Assembly: GCA_963770895.1 (NCBI GenBank)
Contig: CAVYRF010000002.1
Span: 5,632,001-5,696,000, forward strand
DNA: 64,000 bases
Direction: 5' to 3'
Source of the DNA: an uncultured Acidobacteriota bacterium
GTDB lineage: Bacteria > Acidobacteriota > Thermoanaerobaculia > Multivoradales > UBA5704
The translations under genes were made by a program, and so were the position numbers. Under the pieces are notes generated by a model. The model saw only the letters and a list, made by a program, of their open reading frames with translations. It did no database searches and was not told the origin of the DNA. This document shows, piece after piece, positions 1 through 9,691 of this stretch. Every line of letters begins with the position of its first letter. Positions within the stretch are counted from its first letter, which is position 1.

Positions 1-2
1 CT

Positions 3-2180
3 CACCAGCGGGTCTTCACCGATATCGCGGCGGCCACCGGCACCAGCCTGACGCTGACCGGCAGCGGCGAACCCGAGCGTTTCTCGGCCGCGCTGATCAG
101 CGCCAACTTCTTCCCGCTGCTGGGCATCCAGCCGCTGCTCGGGCGCAACATCGCGGCCGAGGAAGACCGTCCCGGCCAGAACCAGGTGGTCATCCTCAGC
201 TTCGACGTCTGGCAGCAGCGGTTCGGCGGCGACCCGGCCATCATCGGCCAGCTGATCCGGCTCAACGGCGAGCGCTACACGGTGATCGGCGTGATGAACC
301 GCGGCTTTCACCACCCCTACGAAGCGGACATGTGGGTGCCGCTCGCCTATCACGAAGACCCCACCGCCGCCGCCGTCGACCAGGAGTACTACGCCCCGGC
401 GCGGCTCAAGCCGGGAGTCACCCTGGAGCAGGCGCGCCAGCAGATGAACGACCTGGTCAAGCACCTGCGGGAGGACAACCCGCGGCCCAACGCGCCAAAG
501 TCGGCGGACCTGAGCCCGATCCGCCACGAGCTGGTGGGCGACCTCGACAAGCTGCTCTACCTCATGGTCGCGGCGTCCGCCTTCGTCCTGCTCATCGCCT
601 GCGTCAACGTCTCCAACCTCTTGCTGGCGCAGGGCCTCAAGCAGTCCGCGGAGGTCGCGGTGCGGGTCGCGCTGGGCGCCACGCGCGGCCGCCTGATCCG
701 CCAGATCCTGACTTACAGCCTGCTGCTGGCGATGCTGGGCGCGGTGCTCGGCATCCTGCTCGCTTCGTGGTCGATGAAGCCGCTGGTCGCCCTCAGCCCG
801 GCCTATGCGCTGGGCGAATTCGACATCGAGCCGCGGCTGGACCTGCCGACCCTGGGCTTCACCCTGATCGCCTCCCTGGTGGTCGGTTTCCTGTTCGGCA
901 TGATGCCGGCCCTGCGCATGTCCCGCACCAGCATCAGCAGCACGCTGCAGGAAGGCGGCCGCGCCCGCACCCTGGGCAAGGCCGGGCGCCGCCTGCTCAG
1001 CGCCCTGGTGGTCGCCGAAGTGGCGCTGTCGCTGGTGCTGCTGGTCGGCGCCGGCCTGATCTTGCGCAGCTTCCAGCGCCTGCAGGCGGAAAACCGCGGC
1101 TTCGACATGCACAACGTGCTCAGCTTCACGGTGCCGCTGCCCGACTTCAAGTTCCCCAACCGCCTGCAAAAGGTGGCGTTCGTCAAGAAAGCCCTGGACC
1201 GCCTGCACGCCGTGCCGGGCGCCGAAGGGGTGGGCGGCAGCACCGCCCAGCCGCTGTACACCGGGACCTATGCCACCAGCTTCAACGTCGAAGGCAACCT
1301 GGTCACCACCGATCGCGGCTACCACATGGTGCACAACCGCATCGTCACCCCCGGCTATCTGGAATCGCTGCGCGTGCCGCTGCTTGCCGGCCGCTACCTC
1401 AACGATCACGACACCGCGGACTCGCCGTGGGTGGTGGTGGTCAGCAAGTCGCTGGCCGACCGCTACTGGCCCGGCCAGAGCGCGATCGGCAAGCGGGTCA
1501 AGCGCGGCCGCTTCGACTCGACCCGGCCCTGGCTGACGGTGGTGGGCGTCGTCGGCTCGATCAAGGAGACGCACGACGAGCTGATCGACACCGACGACGC
1601 CTGGTACTTGCCCTACAGCCAGCCGATCTTCGACGACATCCCGCGCATGACGTTCATGGTGCGCATGCCTTCCAACGCCGCGGCGGTGGCGCCGGCGGTG
1701 CGCGAAGCCATTCACCTGGCCGACAAGGACGAGCCGATCTACAGCATGATGACGATGGAGGAGCGCTTCGCGCAGCGCACCACGCCCGAGCGCTTCAGCA
1801 CGGTCATCTACACCAGCCTGGGTTGCCTCGGCCTGCTGCTGGCGGCGATCGGCATCTACGGCGTGCTCTCCTTCAGCGTCAACCAGCGGCTGCGGGAGAT
1901 CGGCATCCGCACGGCGATGGGCGCCCAGCCGCGACAGCTGCGCGCCCTGGTCATGACCTCCGCGATGCGCTTGACCGCGGCCGGCCTGGTGCTCGGGGTG
2001 ATCGGCGCGCTGGTGCTCACCAAGCTGCTGTCCAGCCAGCTCTACCAGGTCAGCCCGCACGACCCGGTGGCACTGGTGGTGGCGCTGATCTGCCTGGCGG
2101 TGATCGCCTTCCTGTCGGCCTACCTGCCGGCGCGGCGGGCTTCCAGGATCGACGCGGTCAAGGCCCTGCGCTTCGAATGA
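3..2180 (+). CDS. ADOP-type (MacB/FtsX duplicated) ABC permease, 5' end outside window
   Basis: Duplicated MacB-PCD/FtsX architecture: VLLIACVNVSNLLL, EVAVRVALGA, GIYGVLSFSVNQRLREIGIRTAMGA, C-terminal ALRFE; frame open to window start. Confidence 0.9.
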   Translation, partial: HQRVFTDIAAATGTSLTLTGSGEPERFSAALISANFFPLLGIQPLLGRNIAAEEDRPGQNQVVILSFDVWQQRFGGDPAIIGQLIRLNGERYTVIGVMNRGFHHPYEADMWVPLAYHEDPTAAAVDQEYYAPARLKPGVTLEQARQQMNDLVKHLREDNPRPNAPKSADLSPIRHELVGDLDKLLYLMVAASAFVLLIACVNVSNLLLAQGLKQSAEVAVRVALGATRGRLIRQILTYSLLLAMLGAVLGILLASWSMKPLVALSPAYALGEFDIEPRLDLPTLGFTLIASLVVGFLFGMMPALRMSRTSISSTLQEGGRARTLGKAGRRLLSALVVAEVALSLVLLVGAGLILRSFQRLQAENRGFDMHNVLSFTVPLPDFKFPNRLQKVAFVKKALDRLHAVPGAEGVGGSTAQPLYTGTYATSFNVEGNLVTTDRGYHMVHNRIVTPGYLESLRVPLLAGRYLNDHDTADSPWVVVVSKSLADRYWPGQSAIGKRVKRGRFDSTRPWLTVVGVVGSIKETHDELIDTDDAWYLPYSQPIFDDIPRMTFMVRMPSNAAAVAPAVREAIHLADKDEPIYSMMTMEERFAQRTTPERFSTVIYTSLGCLGLLLAAIGIYGVLSFSVNQRLREIGIRTAMGAQPRQLRALVMTSAMRLTAAGLVLGVIGALVLTKLLSSQLYQVSPHDPVALVVALICLAVIAFLSAYLPARRASRIDAVKALRFE

Positions 2181-4759
2181 GCGTCGCGGCGCCTGCGGGC
2201 GGGCCGCCCGCCGCCGGGCGCCCACGGATCGCCCTGCGCCGGGCGGGGCTGGCCGCCGTCGGCGTCTTCTTCCTGCTGGCGGCCCTGGGAGTGGCCGTCG
2301 CATATGTGCGGCACAGGCTCATCGCCGACCTGCCGGCGGTTTCGGGGACGCTCTCCGTCGCCGGCCTGGCGGCGCCGGTCCAGATCGCGCGCGACGCCCT
2401 GGGCGTGCCCACCCTGCGCGGCGCCGACCGGCGGGACGTCGCCTTTGCCACCGGCTTCGTGCATGCGCAGGATCGCTTCTTCCAGATGGACCTGCTGCGG
2501 CGCCGCGCCGCCGGCGAGCTGGCCGAGCTGTTCGGCGCCCCGGCCCTGCGGCTCGACAAGGCGATGCGCATCCACCTGTTTCGCGAGCACGCCCAGCGGG
2601 TGCTGGCGGCGAGCCCGCCGGACGTGCGCGGGGTGCTCGACGCCTACACCGCCGGGGTGAACGCCGGCCTCGGCGCGCTCCAGGCGCCGCCTTTCGAATA
2701 CCTGGTCCTACGCGTCAACCCGCGCCCCTGGCGCGGCGAAGATTCGGTGCTGGTGCTGTTCACCATGTTCGCCCAGCTCGCCGACGTCAACGCCGCCAAC
2801 GAGTCGGCGCTGTCGCTGATGCGCGATCGGCTGCCGCCGGAGCTGTACCGCTTCCTGGTGCCAGAAGCGACGGAATGGGAAGCGCCGCTGGCCGGGACGC
2901 CGCCGCCTGCCGCGCCGCCGCCGGGGCCCCAGGCGTTCGACCTGCGGCGCGAGCCGCGCACGGCAGCGGGCGGCGCGCGTGGCGTGGGCGGTGCGAGCGC
3001 CGGCGTCGGTGCCGGCGGGTTGGCGGTGGCGGCAGGGCCGGCGGGGGAGGACGTCGCGGCCGCGGCCGCCGCCGCGGCTCCCATGGCGAGCAACAGCTGG
3101 GCGGTGGCAGGGCGGCTGACCGCCGACGGCGGCGCGTTGCTGGCCGACGAGCTGCACCTGGGGCTGGCGGTGCCCAACGCCTGGTACCGCGCGGTGCTGA
3201 CGTGGCCGGCAGAGGGCGGCGTGGCGGCCGGCGTGGCGCCCCACCGGATCGCGGGAGTCACCCTGCCGGGGACGCCGCTGATGGTCGCGGGGAGCAACGG
3301 CCTGGTGGCGTGGGGGGTGACCAACAGCGCGCTCGACACCAGCGACCTGGTGCTGCTCGACCTGGACCCCGCCCATCCCGATCGCTACCTCACGCCGCAG
3401 GGATCGCTGCCGTTCGAGCATCACAGCGAGCATCTGCAGGTCAAGGGCGGCGCCGGCAGCGCGCTGCCGGTCGACTGGACCATCTGGGGCCCGGTGCTGG
3501 ACCAGGACTGGCGCGGCCGCAAGCGGGCGGTGCGGGCGGTCGTGGACCAGCCGGATGGCGCCGACTTTTCCATCCTGCGGCTGGAAACCGCCGCCGACCT
3601 GGGCCAGGCGCTGGACGTCGCGGCGGCCAGCGGCGTGCCGGCGCTCAACTTTGTCGCCGCCGACCGCCAGGGGCACATCGGCTGGACCATCGCCGGACGG
3701 CTGCCGCGCCGCGCCGGTTTCGACGGCGAAACCGCCGGTCCGTGGGCGGACGGGGCGCGACGGTGGGAGGGGCTGTTGCCGCCCGCCGCGGTGCCGCGGG
3801 TGGTCGATCCTCCCGCGGGGCTCCTCTGGACCGCCAACAACCGGGTCCTGGCGGGGGAGGCAGGGGCGCCGCTGGGGCGCGGCGGCTACGTCCTGGGCGC
3901 GCGGGCGCGGCAGATCCGCGACGACCTGCAGGCCCTGGCGCATCCGACCGCCGACGACATGCGGCGCATTCAGCTGGACGACCGGGCGGTGTTCCTGGCG
4001 CGCTGGCACGACCTGCTGCTCACCGTGCTGACGCCGCGGGCGGTGGCTGCCGACTCGCGTCGAGGGGAGATGCGCCAGCTGGTCGAGCATTGGAGCGGGC
4101 GAGCCGACGTCGGCTCGGCGGGCTACCGCATGGTGCGCACCTTCCGCACCATGGTCGGCCGCGCCGTCTTCGCGCCGCTCACCGCCGCCTGCCTGGCGGT
4201 GAACCCCGACTTCCGCTACACCGAAAGCTTCAACCAGTACGAGGGGCCGCTGTGGCAGCTGGTGACGCGCCGCCCGCTCAACCTGCTGCAGCCCAAGTAT
4301 GCGAGCTGGGACGAGCAGCTCCTGGCGGCGGCGGATCAGGCCATCGAGCTGCTGGTCTCCAAGGGCCCGCGGCTCGCCGACCGCACCTGGGGCGAGCGCA
4401 ACACGCTGGCGATGGAGCATCCGATGAGCGAAGCGCTGCCGATCGTCGGCCGGCATCTGTCGATGCCGCCGCGGCCGCTGCCCGGCGACGACGAGATGCC
4501 ACGCGTGCAGGGTCCCTCCTTCGGCGCCACCGTGCGCATGGTGGTGTCGCCCGGTCACGAAGACCAGGCCATCCTGGAAATGCCCGGTGGCGAGAGCGGC
4601 AACCCCATTTCGCCGCACTACCACGACCTGCTGGACTCCTGGGCCGAGGGCGCTCCCGCGCCGCTGCTTCCCGGCAAGACGGTGACCGTTCTGAACCTGG
4701 TGCCGGCCGGCCCGGCGACGGCGGCCCCGGCGGCAGCACAGCCCACACCCCCGCGTTAG
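2177..4759 (+). CDS. Penicillin acylase family (S45) Ntn-hydrolase
   Basis: ATGA overlap with ADOP stop; RDALGVP, GFVHAQDRFFQMDLLRR, beta-chain start SNSWAV, PGGESGNP. Confidence 0.9.
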   Translation: MSVAAPAGGPPAAGRPRIALRRAGLAAVGVFFLLAALGVAVAYVRHRLIADLPAVSGTLSVAGLAAPVQIARDALGVPTLRGADRRDVAFATGFVHAQDRFFQMDLLRRRAAGELAELFGAPALRLDKAMRIHLFREHAQRVLAASPPDVRGVLDAYTAGVNAGLGALQAPPFEYLVLRVNPRPWRGEDSVLVLFTMFAQLADVNAANESALSLMRDRLPPELYRFLVPEATEWEAPLAGTPPPAAPPPGPQAFDLRREPRTAAGGARGVGGASAGVGAGGLAVAAGPAGEDVAAAAAAAAPMASNSWAVAGRLTADGGALLADELHLGLAVPNAWYRAVLTWPAEGGVAAGVAPHRIAGVTLPGTPLMVAGSNGLVAWGVTNSALDTSDLVLLDLDPAHPDRYLTPQGSLPFEHHSEHLQVKGGAGSALPVDWTIWGPVLDQDWRGRKRAVRAVVDQPDGADFSILRLETAADLGQALDVAAASGVPALNFVAADRQGHIGWTIAGRLPRRAGFDGETAGPWADGARRWEGLLPPAAVPRVVDPPAGLLWTANNRVLAGEAGAPLGRGGYVLGARARQIRDDLQALAHPTADDMRRIQLDDRAVFLARWHDLLLTVLTPRAVAADSRRGEMRQLVEHWSGRADVGSAGYRMVRTFRTMVGRAVFAPLTAACLAVNPDFRYTESFNQYEGPLWQLVTRRPLNLLQPKYASWDEQLLAAADQAIELLVSKGPRLADRTWGERNTLAMEHPMSEALPIVGRHLSMPPRPLPGDDEMPRVQGPSFGATVRMVVSPGHEDQAILEMPGGESGNPISPHYHDLLDSWAEGAPAPLLPGKTVTVLNLVPAGPATAAPAAAQPTPPR

Positions 4760-4816
4760 CGGCCGGGCCGGGTCGAGTCGCCGACCAACTCCGGCGCGCG
4801 GCTGGCCTGAAAAGCA

Positions 4817-4849
4817 CGACGCCCCGGCTGCATCCAGCGCGGGGCGTCG
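4817..4849. terminator. GC-rich hairpin between convergent genes
   Basis: cgacgccccg...cggggcgtcg inverted repeat. Confidence 0.55.
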
Positions 4850-4873
4850 AAGGCTACGGCGAAGGACGGCGGG

Positions 4874-5320
4874 TCAATGCGATTCCGCGATCCCGGCCTC
4901 GACCAGGTGAATCGCCTTGTCGAGGTGCTTCAGGGTGCGCCCCCGCAGCCCGCGGGCAAAGTCGTTGGACTCTTCCTGATCGATGTCGTGGTGCGCCGAA
5001 CGCAGCAGCTCCAGGCCGCGGTGCAGGCGGCCGGGGCGGTCCATCTTGGAATCGACAGGCGGGTGAAAGTCCAGATCCTTGCCGTCGTCGATCGATGCTG
5101 CCTTGATGTCGCGGATCGCGGCATTGATCTCAGCGACCGCGCCTGCTTCGTCCCAGCGCATTTGCGCGTCGCCGCCACGCCGCTCGATATGGCCGCGCGC
5201 CGCGCGCAGATCAGACAGCGCGTGCAGGTAGTGCGGGTGCGGCCCGGGCTGGTCAGCACGCGCTGCCAGGGGAACGATTGCCGCGAGCAGGACAACCAAA
5301 AGCCTTGCCAGGTTCTTCAT
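4874..5320 (-). CDS. Secreted helical hypothetical protein
   Basis: MKNLARLLVVLLAAIVPLAARA signal peptide, aggag RBS; HPHYLHALSDLRAAR motif. Confidence 0.75.
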   Translation of the reverse strand: MKNLARLLVVLLAAIVPLAARADQPGPHPHYLHALSDLRAARGHIERRGGDAQMRWDEAGAVAEINAAIRDIKAASIDDGKDLDFHPPVDSKMDRPGRLHRGLELLRSAHHDIDQEESNDFARGLRGRTLKHLDKAIHLVEAGIAESH

Positions 5321-5710
5321 CAGGGAAATCTCCTTTTGTCCAGGCAGAATCGTCGTCATCCGCGCGCACGCTGCGCCGACACATCGATCTCCGACAGAAA
5401 GCCGCCGTCGTCGAATCGCGCTCGTTCCAACCACGAAGAAAAAGGGGGGTACAGCTCCAGCGCTCCCAGTGTCCGTCGAATCCTTGCGGGAAGTCAAGGA
5501 CGGCCCGCGCCGGAGGCATCGGGCCTCCAGCGCTCGCAGCGGTGGCGGTGGGCGCCCAACGTGGTGCGGAGATTGCCGTCCGGGATCACCTGATGGCTTG
5601 GCCTTGCCGGCAGCAAGGTCTACACTTCCGGCGCCGACGGAGGCAAAGCATCAGTGTCCCGCCGCGCCGCGGATCGGAGCGGACCTCAACCGACGCACAC
5701 GATACAAGCC

Positions 5711-6022
5711 ATGTACACGGAACTGATCGGTTATGCCGCCGCGGCGGTGAGCACCTCCCTGATGCTGCCACAGGTGATCAAATTGGTGGTGACCCGGCGG
5801 GGTGCGGACCTGTCGATGTGGATGGTCGTGCTCTATCTGCTCAACTGCCTCCTGTGGTTGATCTATGGCCTGCTCACCCGTTCGCAGCCGCTGATCGTCG
5901 CCAACTCCCTGGCGCTGGTGGTAAGCATCCTCCAGCTGGCGCTCAAGCTCCGCTATGGACGGTCGCCGGAACCAGCCGCAGCGCTGCCCGCCGCCGCCGG
6001 CGGCAACGACGATCCAACCTGA
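5711..6022 (+). CDS. SemiSWEET/PQ-loop family transporter
   Basis: ELIGYAAA...LPQVIK...DLS...LWLIYG...PLIVAN; three TM helices. Confidence 0.8.
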   Translation: MYTELIGYAAAAVSTSLMLPQVIKLVVTRRGADLSMWMVVLYLLNCLLWLIYGLLTRSQPLIVANSLALVVSILQLALKLRYGRSPEPAAALPAAAGGNDDPT

Positions 6023-6156
6023 TCGGACCGCCGCCGCGGCACAGCGGCCGCAGCGGCGCGGTACGACTGGTCAAGCATCGGCACGTGCCATCGCCAGGCC
6101 ATTGGCCGCGCCAACCCACCGTGCCCCTGCCAAGCGGAGCAAGGACCCGCCCTGTG

Positions 6157-6642
6157 TTACGAGGTCGGCACGCTGGTGCAATCGAAATAATGGATGACGT
6201 CGATGGTCATACCACCCATCGGCCCCGTCAGGATCGACGCCGTAGGGTATTGCGCCGGCGGCGAGCTGAAGGCGTTGACGATCAAATAAACGCAGCCGTT
6301 GGACTCTTCGGTGGAGGAGTGGAGCGGCGCCGTCACCGCCGCCGTGGGCGTCCAACCCGCCGGGACGCTCGAAGCGCTGGGATCGATGGTGTACTCGCAC
6401 GACGACGTGCTGGCCGCGACGGTGCACGAATACGTGCGCGTCGTGGCCCCGGTGCCGGACGAGTTTTCGAACACGACCTCCACCGCGCACACGCGGTCGC
6501 GAGGCGTATCGTTAAGCGCGCCGCTGCCGCTGGTCGAAACCGTGTATCCCAAGTTGCAGATGAACGGGTAGGTGGTGGCCCCCGCCGCCGCCGCGATGCC
6601 GATCGCCAGCAGGGCACAGACACAAAGTGACCTGGAAAGCAT
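6157..6642 (-). CDS. Secreted Cys-containing hypothetical protein
   Basis: Signal-peptide-like N-terminus; Ser/Thr-rich mature region with six Cys. Confidence 0.55.
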   Translation of the reverse strand: MLSRSLCVCALLAIGIAAAAGATTYPFICNLGYTVSTSGSGALNDTPRDRVCAVEVVFENSSGTGATTRTYSCTVAASTSSCEYTIDPSASSVPAGWTPTAAVTAPLHSSTEESNGCVYLIVNAFSSPPAQYPTASILTGPMGGMTIDVIHYFDCTSVPTS

Positions 6643-6825
6643 GGAGCACCTCAAAAGACGCCAGCCCGCTCCCGCGCCATGCAAAGAGCGCTGACGACCC
6701 CATCCATCAATATATAATTAGAGACGCATTTCAGGCAAGACGAACCGCTGGCTCTGGAGCTTCATTCAGGATCAGGATGGCTTCGAGCGCGGCAGCCGGC
6801 AACAGGCTCCCGCGGAGCCGCGCCG

Positions 6826-7194
6826 TTAGTGGGGCGTCCCGCCCCGCTCCAGGTGCTCCGAGCGCTCGCGGAGCTGCCGCATTGTGGCCTGCAACTCGCT
6901 GTACGGTTGTGCGTTGGCGCCCGCTCCGCCCGGCGAGAGGGCTGCCCTGCGCTCCCGGCGCAGGAGCACCGCCCGGCGGGCCTGCACGGCTGCCAGGATG
7001 GCGCAGAATCCCGCGGCCAGCCCAGCGGGCACCCAGGCATCGGGTTTCTCGAACCCCACCATCAGGAACACGACGCCGACCGTTGCGTCACGGATCGCCC
7101 AGGAGCCAGGGTACCGGGTGCGAGAGGTCAGCTTTCGCCAAAATGAGCGGCGCTGCTTCCCGTCGGAGGCCTGCTCGCGATCCTGCTGCTCCAT
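6826..7194 (-). CDS. Small membrane protein with C-terminal coiled segment
   Basis: Two hydrophobic segments then ELQATMRQLRERSEHLE. Confidence 0.5.
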   Translation of the reverse strand: MEQQDREQASDGKQRRSFWRKLTSRTRYPGSWAIRDATVGVVFLMVGFEKPDAWVPAGLAAGFCAILAAVQARRAVLLRRERRAALSPGGAGANAQPYSELQATMRQLRERSEHLERGGTPH

Positions 7195-7446
7195 GAGGGG
7201 CACCATCCAAGCTTAGCAGATCGCCGCTGGCCAGCCCTTGCCCCACAGGCTGCCCAAGTACTGAATCCTCCATGACCCCTCGGGCGCACCACGCCGCGGC
7301 TGTCAAGCCGCAGTACTGCCCGCACCACCCCGAGCGCGCCATCCAGTGCCCGACTGGAGCTCAACCTTGGTAGCGGCGAGTCGCGTCGGTGCGCAGCCGC
7401 AGCGCGCAGAACGGCGACTCGACTGGACGGGGGGGCGGTCGGACGC

Positions 7447-7475
7447 TTGACACCCCCCCGATGCGCACCTACGAT
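7447..7475 (+). promoter_or_regulatory. Sigma70-type promoter of tRNA-Leu
   Basis: TTGACA-17bp-TACGAT. Confidence 0.7.
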
Positions 7476-7502
7476 CTCATCCCTGGCTTGTCCTCCCTCG
7501 TA

Positions 7503-7588
7503 GCCGAAGTGGCGGAATGGCAGACGCAGAGGACTCAAAATCCTCCGCTCGCAAGGGCGTGCGGGTTCGACTCCCGCCTTCGGCACCA
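7503..7588 (+). tRNA. tRNA-Leu(CAA)
   Basis: GCCGAAG/CTTCGGC acceptor stem, anticodon arm gagga-ctCAAaa-tcctc, long variable arm, GGTTCGA T-loop, encoded CCA. Confidence 0.97.
7532..7588 (+). repeat. attL core (3' part of tRNA-Leu), 57-bp direct repeat
   Basis: Identical to 20502-20558. Confidence 0.95.
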
Positions 7589-7800
7589 TTTAGAATCAGT
7601 ACTTTACGTTTCTTCTTCCTGCTGTCCCGCTCTCCAGATGTCCTGATTTGCTGCAGATTTGATGCAGCATCCGGCCGAAATCGGCCTCAAGGCCCCCACA
7701 CACGGAGGGGCGGCACGTGCCGCCCCAAGTTCCAACCAGACGGCCCCGGCGAGAGTGACTGGCTCGCGCCGGAGCCTGACCCGACACGGGAGACTTCCCC

Positions 7801-8160
7801 ATGCCGAGCTTTGCAGATAGTACCCCTGCCTCTCCCTGGAACGAAGGCGACTCGTTCCGCGAGACCACGCTGGTCTACATCGACCCGGAGCACCGCGAAG
7901 CGCTCCGCCAGGTCGGCCACCTGATATACGACCTGGCCGTCGAGACGACCAGCTTTCCCGGTGACGAGTCGATCACTCGCGCCGAGCTGCGCGCCGCCTT
8001 AGCCGAGCTGCGCTATTTGGAGGGCTTTTTCGACATGATGCGCCGGTCGGCTAACCAATCGTCCCTTGCGCCCTCGGATGACCGCCTCGCCTACTTTGCC
8101 GGCAGGCTCGGCCGCAAGGTGGGCGCGCTAGCGGGATCGATCGAGGGGCGGCTGTCATGA
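7801..8160 (+). CDS. Hypothetical helical protein
   Basis: ggag RBS; ATGA-coupled to the following HTH gene. Confidence 0.65.
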   Translation: MPSFADSTPASPWNEGDSFRETTLVYIDPEHREALRQVGHLIYDLAVETTSFPGDESITRAELRAALAELRYLEGFFDMMRRSANQSSLAPSDDRLAYFAGRLGRKVGALAGSIEGRLS

Positions 8161-8663
8161 CCGCTCAGCCAGAGACATCGCGGCGGCGGAAGCGAGACCC
8201 TAAGGAGTCGAACCTTGTCGGAATGGCAATCTTGAGGCTCCGCAGGGAAGCGGGCATGACCTTGCGCCAGGTATCCGCAGAGTCAGGACGCAACATATCG
8301 GCCCTTTGCCGATATGAAAACGGTCATACGCTTCCGCATGCCACCACCCTCCGGAGTGTCGTCGCGGCAATGGGAGTGACCATGACGGATCTGTACCGCG
8401 CCCAACAGCCAGCGAGCGAATATGGAGGGACGGGGGAAGACGGCACTCTGCCACCAGACACCAGGAGACCGGCTCCGACCCTGCACAAAGCAGCTGTCCG
8501 GCTTGCGCAGGAGTGCGGCAAGGCAGTGGCCCATTGCTGCCTTGCCTTTCTGGAGCTACAGAGCGGCGCCCGGCGGGACGGAGATGCGCCTGTTGTCACC
8601 ACGCGCCACGCCAGTAAGGGGAACAGTGCGATGAGTCCTGACCTAATCGAAGAGGAAAGCTAG
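8157..8663 (+). CDS. XRE-family HTH regulator
   Basis: LRREAGMTLRQVSAESGRNISALCRYENG. Confidence 0.8.
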   Translation: MTAQPETSRRRKRDPKESNLVGMAILRLRREAGMTLRQVSAESGRNISALCRYENGHTLPHATTLRSVVAAMGVTMTDLYRAQQPASEYGGTGEDGTLPPDTRRPAPTLHKAAVRLAQECGKAVAHCCLAFLELQSGARRDGDAPVVTTRHASKGNSAMSPDLIEEES

Positions 8664-8693
8664 GGCGATTATGCCTCTGTTGACACCGAAGGA

Positions 8694-8918
8694 TTAAAGG
8701 CCAAGGCTCTTGAGGAGCCGCTTTCGGTGCCACTCCGGGTCGGGCGGCTCGGTCACTTTGACCACAAGCCGCTCGTGCTCGACGGTGACGAGGACGCGGC
8801 ACCCCGCCAGGAATCCGGCGTCCCCAAGCCAGTTGCCCATGAGGTGGAGCGTCGGGACCACCGCGCCCGCCGGGCGGTGGAAGTTCAACACGGTAAGCCG
8901 TCGCGGCTTGTAGGCCAT
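8694..8918 (-). CDS. SymE-like (AbrB-fold) toxin family protein
   Basis: PTLHLMGNWLGDAGFLAGCRVLVTVEHERLVV matches the SymE pattern P.L.L.G.WL..AGF..G..V.V. Confidence 0.7.
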   Translation of the reverse strand: MAYKPRRLTVLNFHRPAGAVVPTLHLMGNWLGDAGFLAGCRVLVTVEHERLVVKVTEPPDPEWHRKRLLKSLGL

Positions 8919-9086
8919 CGCGTTCCCTCGCTGGTAGCCCTGCTGTGGGGGTTGGGACTACTCGTGGCGGCAAGTTGCCCGGCCGCCACGATCCCTGTCG
9001 GCATCCCTGCGGTCACGTTCCCCGTTGGCGGCGCCGCCCCCCCTCTTACTTCGTTGTTCCGGGACGATCCCGGCACCAACCACGCG

Positions 9087-9386
9087 TCAGTGCCACTCAC
9101 GCCCCTGTTTGTCCTTCCTCCAACTCCTTGCCAGCTCGCGGGCCGTGAGGCAGGCCGCGCCCTGGAGCGATTCGATGACGCGCCGCATCAAGTCCTCCGC
9201 AACGCACTCAATGCGACCCGAGATCTCCGTTGCCAGGTCGGGAGCGATGTCCCCGGCCAGCATGGCGTCCAGGTCGGCGGGGACGGGCAACCCGCGGTTG
9301 ATGGCCTCCAACCGCTCTTGCATCCTCAGCAGCTCGAAGACGACATCCCCGAGGGCGGCTTGCGCCCTGCCTACCTCGTCCGTCAT
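9087..9386 (-). CDS. Hypothetical protein
   Basis: ggaggagg RBS, 99 aa, helical. Confidence 0.65.
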   Translation of the reverse strand: MTDEVGRAQAALGDVVFELLRMQERLEAINRGLPVPADLDAMLAGDIAPDLATEISGRIECVAEDLMRRVIESLQGAACLTARELARSWRKDKQGREWH

Positions 9387-9474
9387 GGTGGCGGCGACCT
9401 CCTCCAGGGGCGGTACTATCGCAGAAGTCTGGAAGGCTGTAAAGCAGTCACGCAGGAAGTCCTACCCTACGGCT

Positions 9475-9666
9475 ATGGCAGCGAGAGACAGCGGGGAGAA
9501 GGCCCGGCAGGAGAAGGCGGGGATCACGGAGGGCGGCGTGAAGCTCACGATCTGGTTTCACGCGGACGAAGCAGAGGCGCTGCGCCTGAAGGCGTTCAAG
9601 GAGCGGCGATCGCAGTCAGCGATCGTGAGGGAGGCGCTGCGGCGGCGGCTGGGGATCGAGGATTAG
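9475..9666 (+). CDS. Ribbon-helix-helix (CopG-like) regulator
   Basis: KLTIWFHADEAEALRLKAFKERRSQSAIVREALRRRL. Confidence 0.75.
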   Translation: MAARDSGEKARQEKAGITEGGVKLTIWFHADEAEALRLKAFKERRSQSAIVREALRRRLGIED

Positions 9667-9691
9667 GGTTCTATCGGGAGGGCTTTCGAGA

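Noticed and set aside
332-2176. N-terminal ~615 aa of the 1475-aa ORF
   Set aside because: Off-frame shadow of the ADOP gene; the acylase starts at 2177
8680-8710. Left-TIR TTGACA as an antisense promoter against the symE-like gene
   Set aside because: No TAnnnT at 16-18 bp spacing
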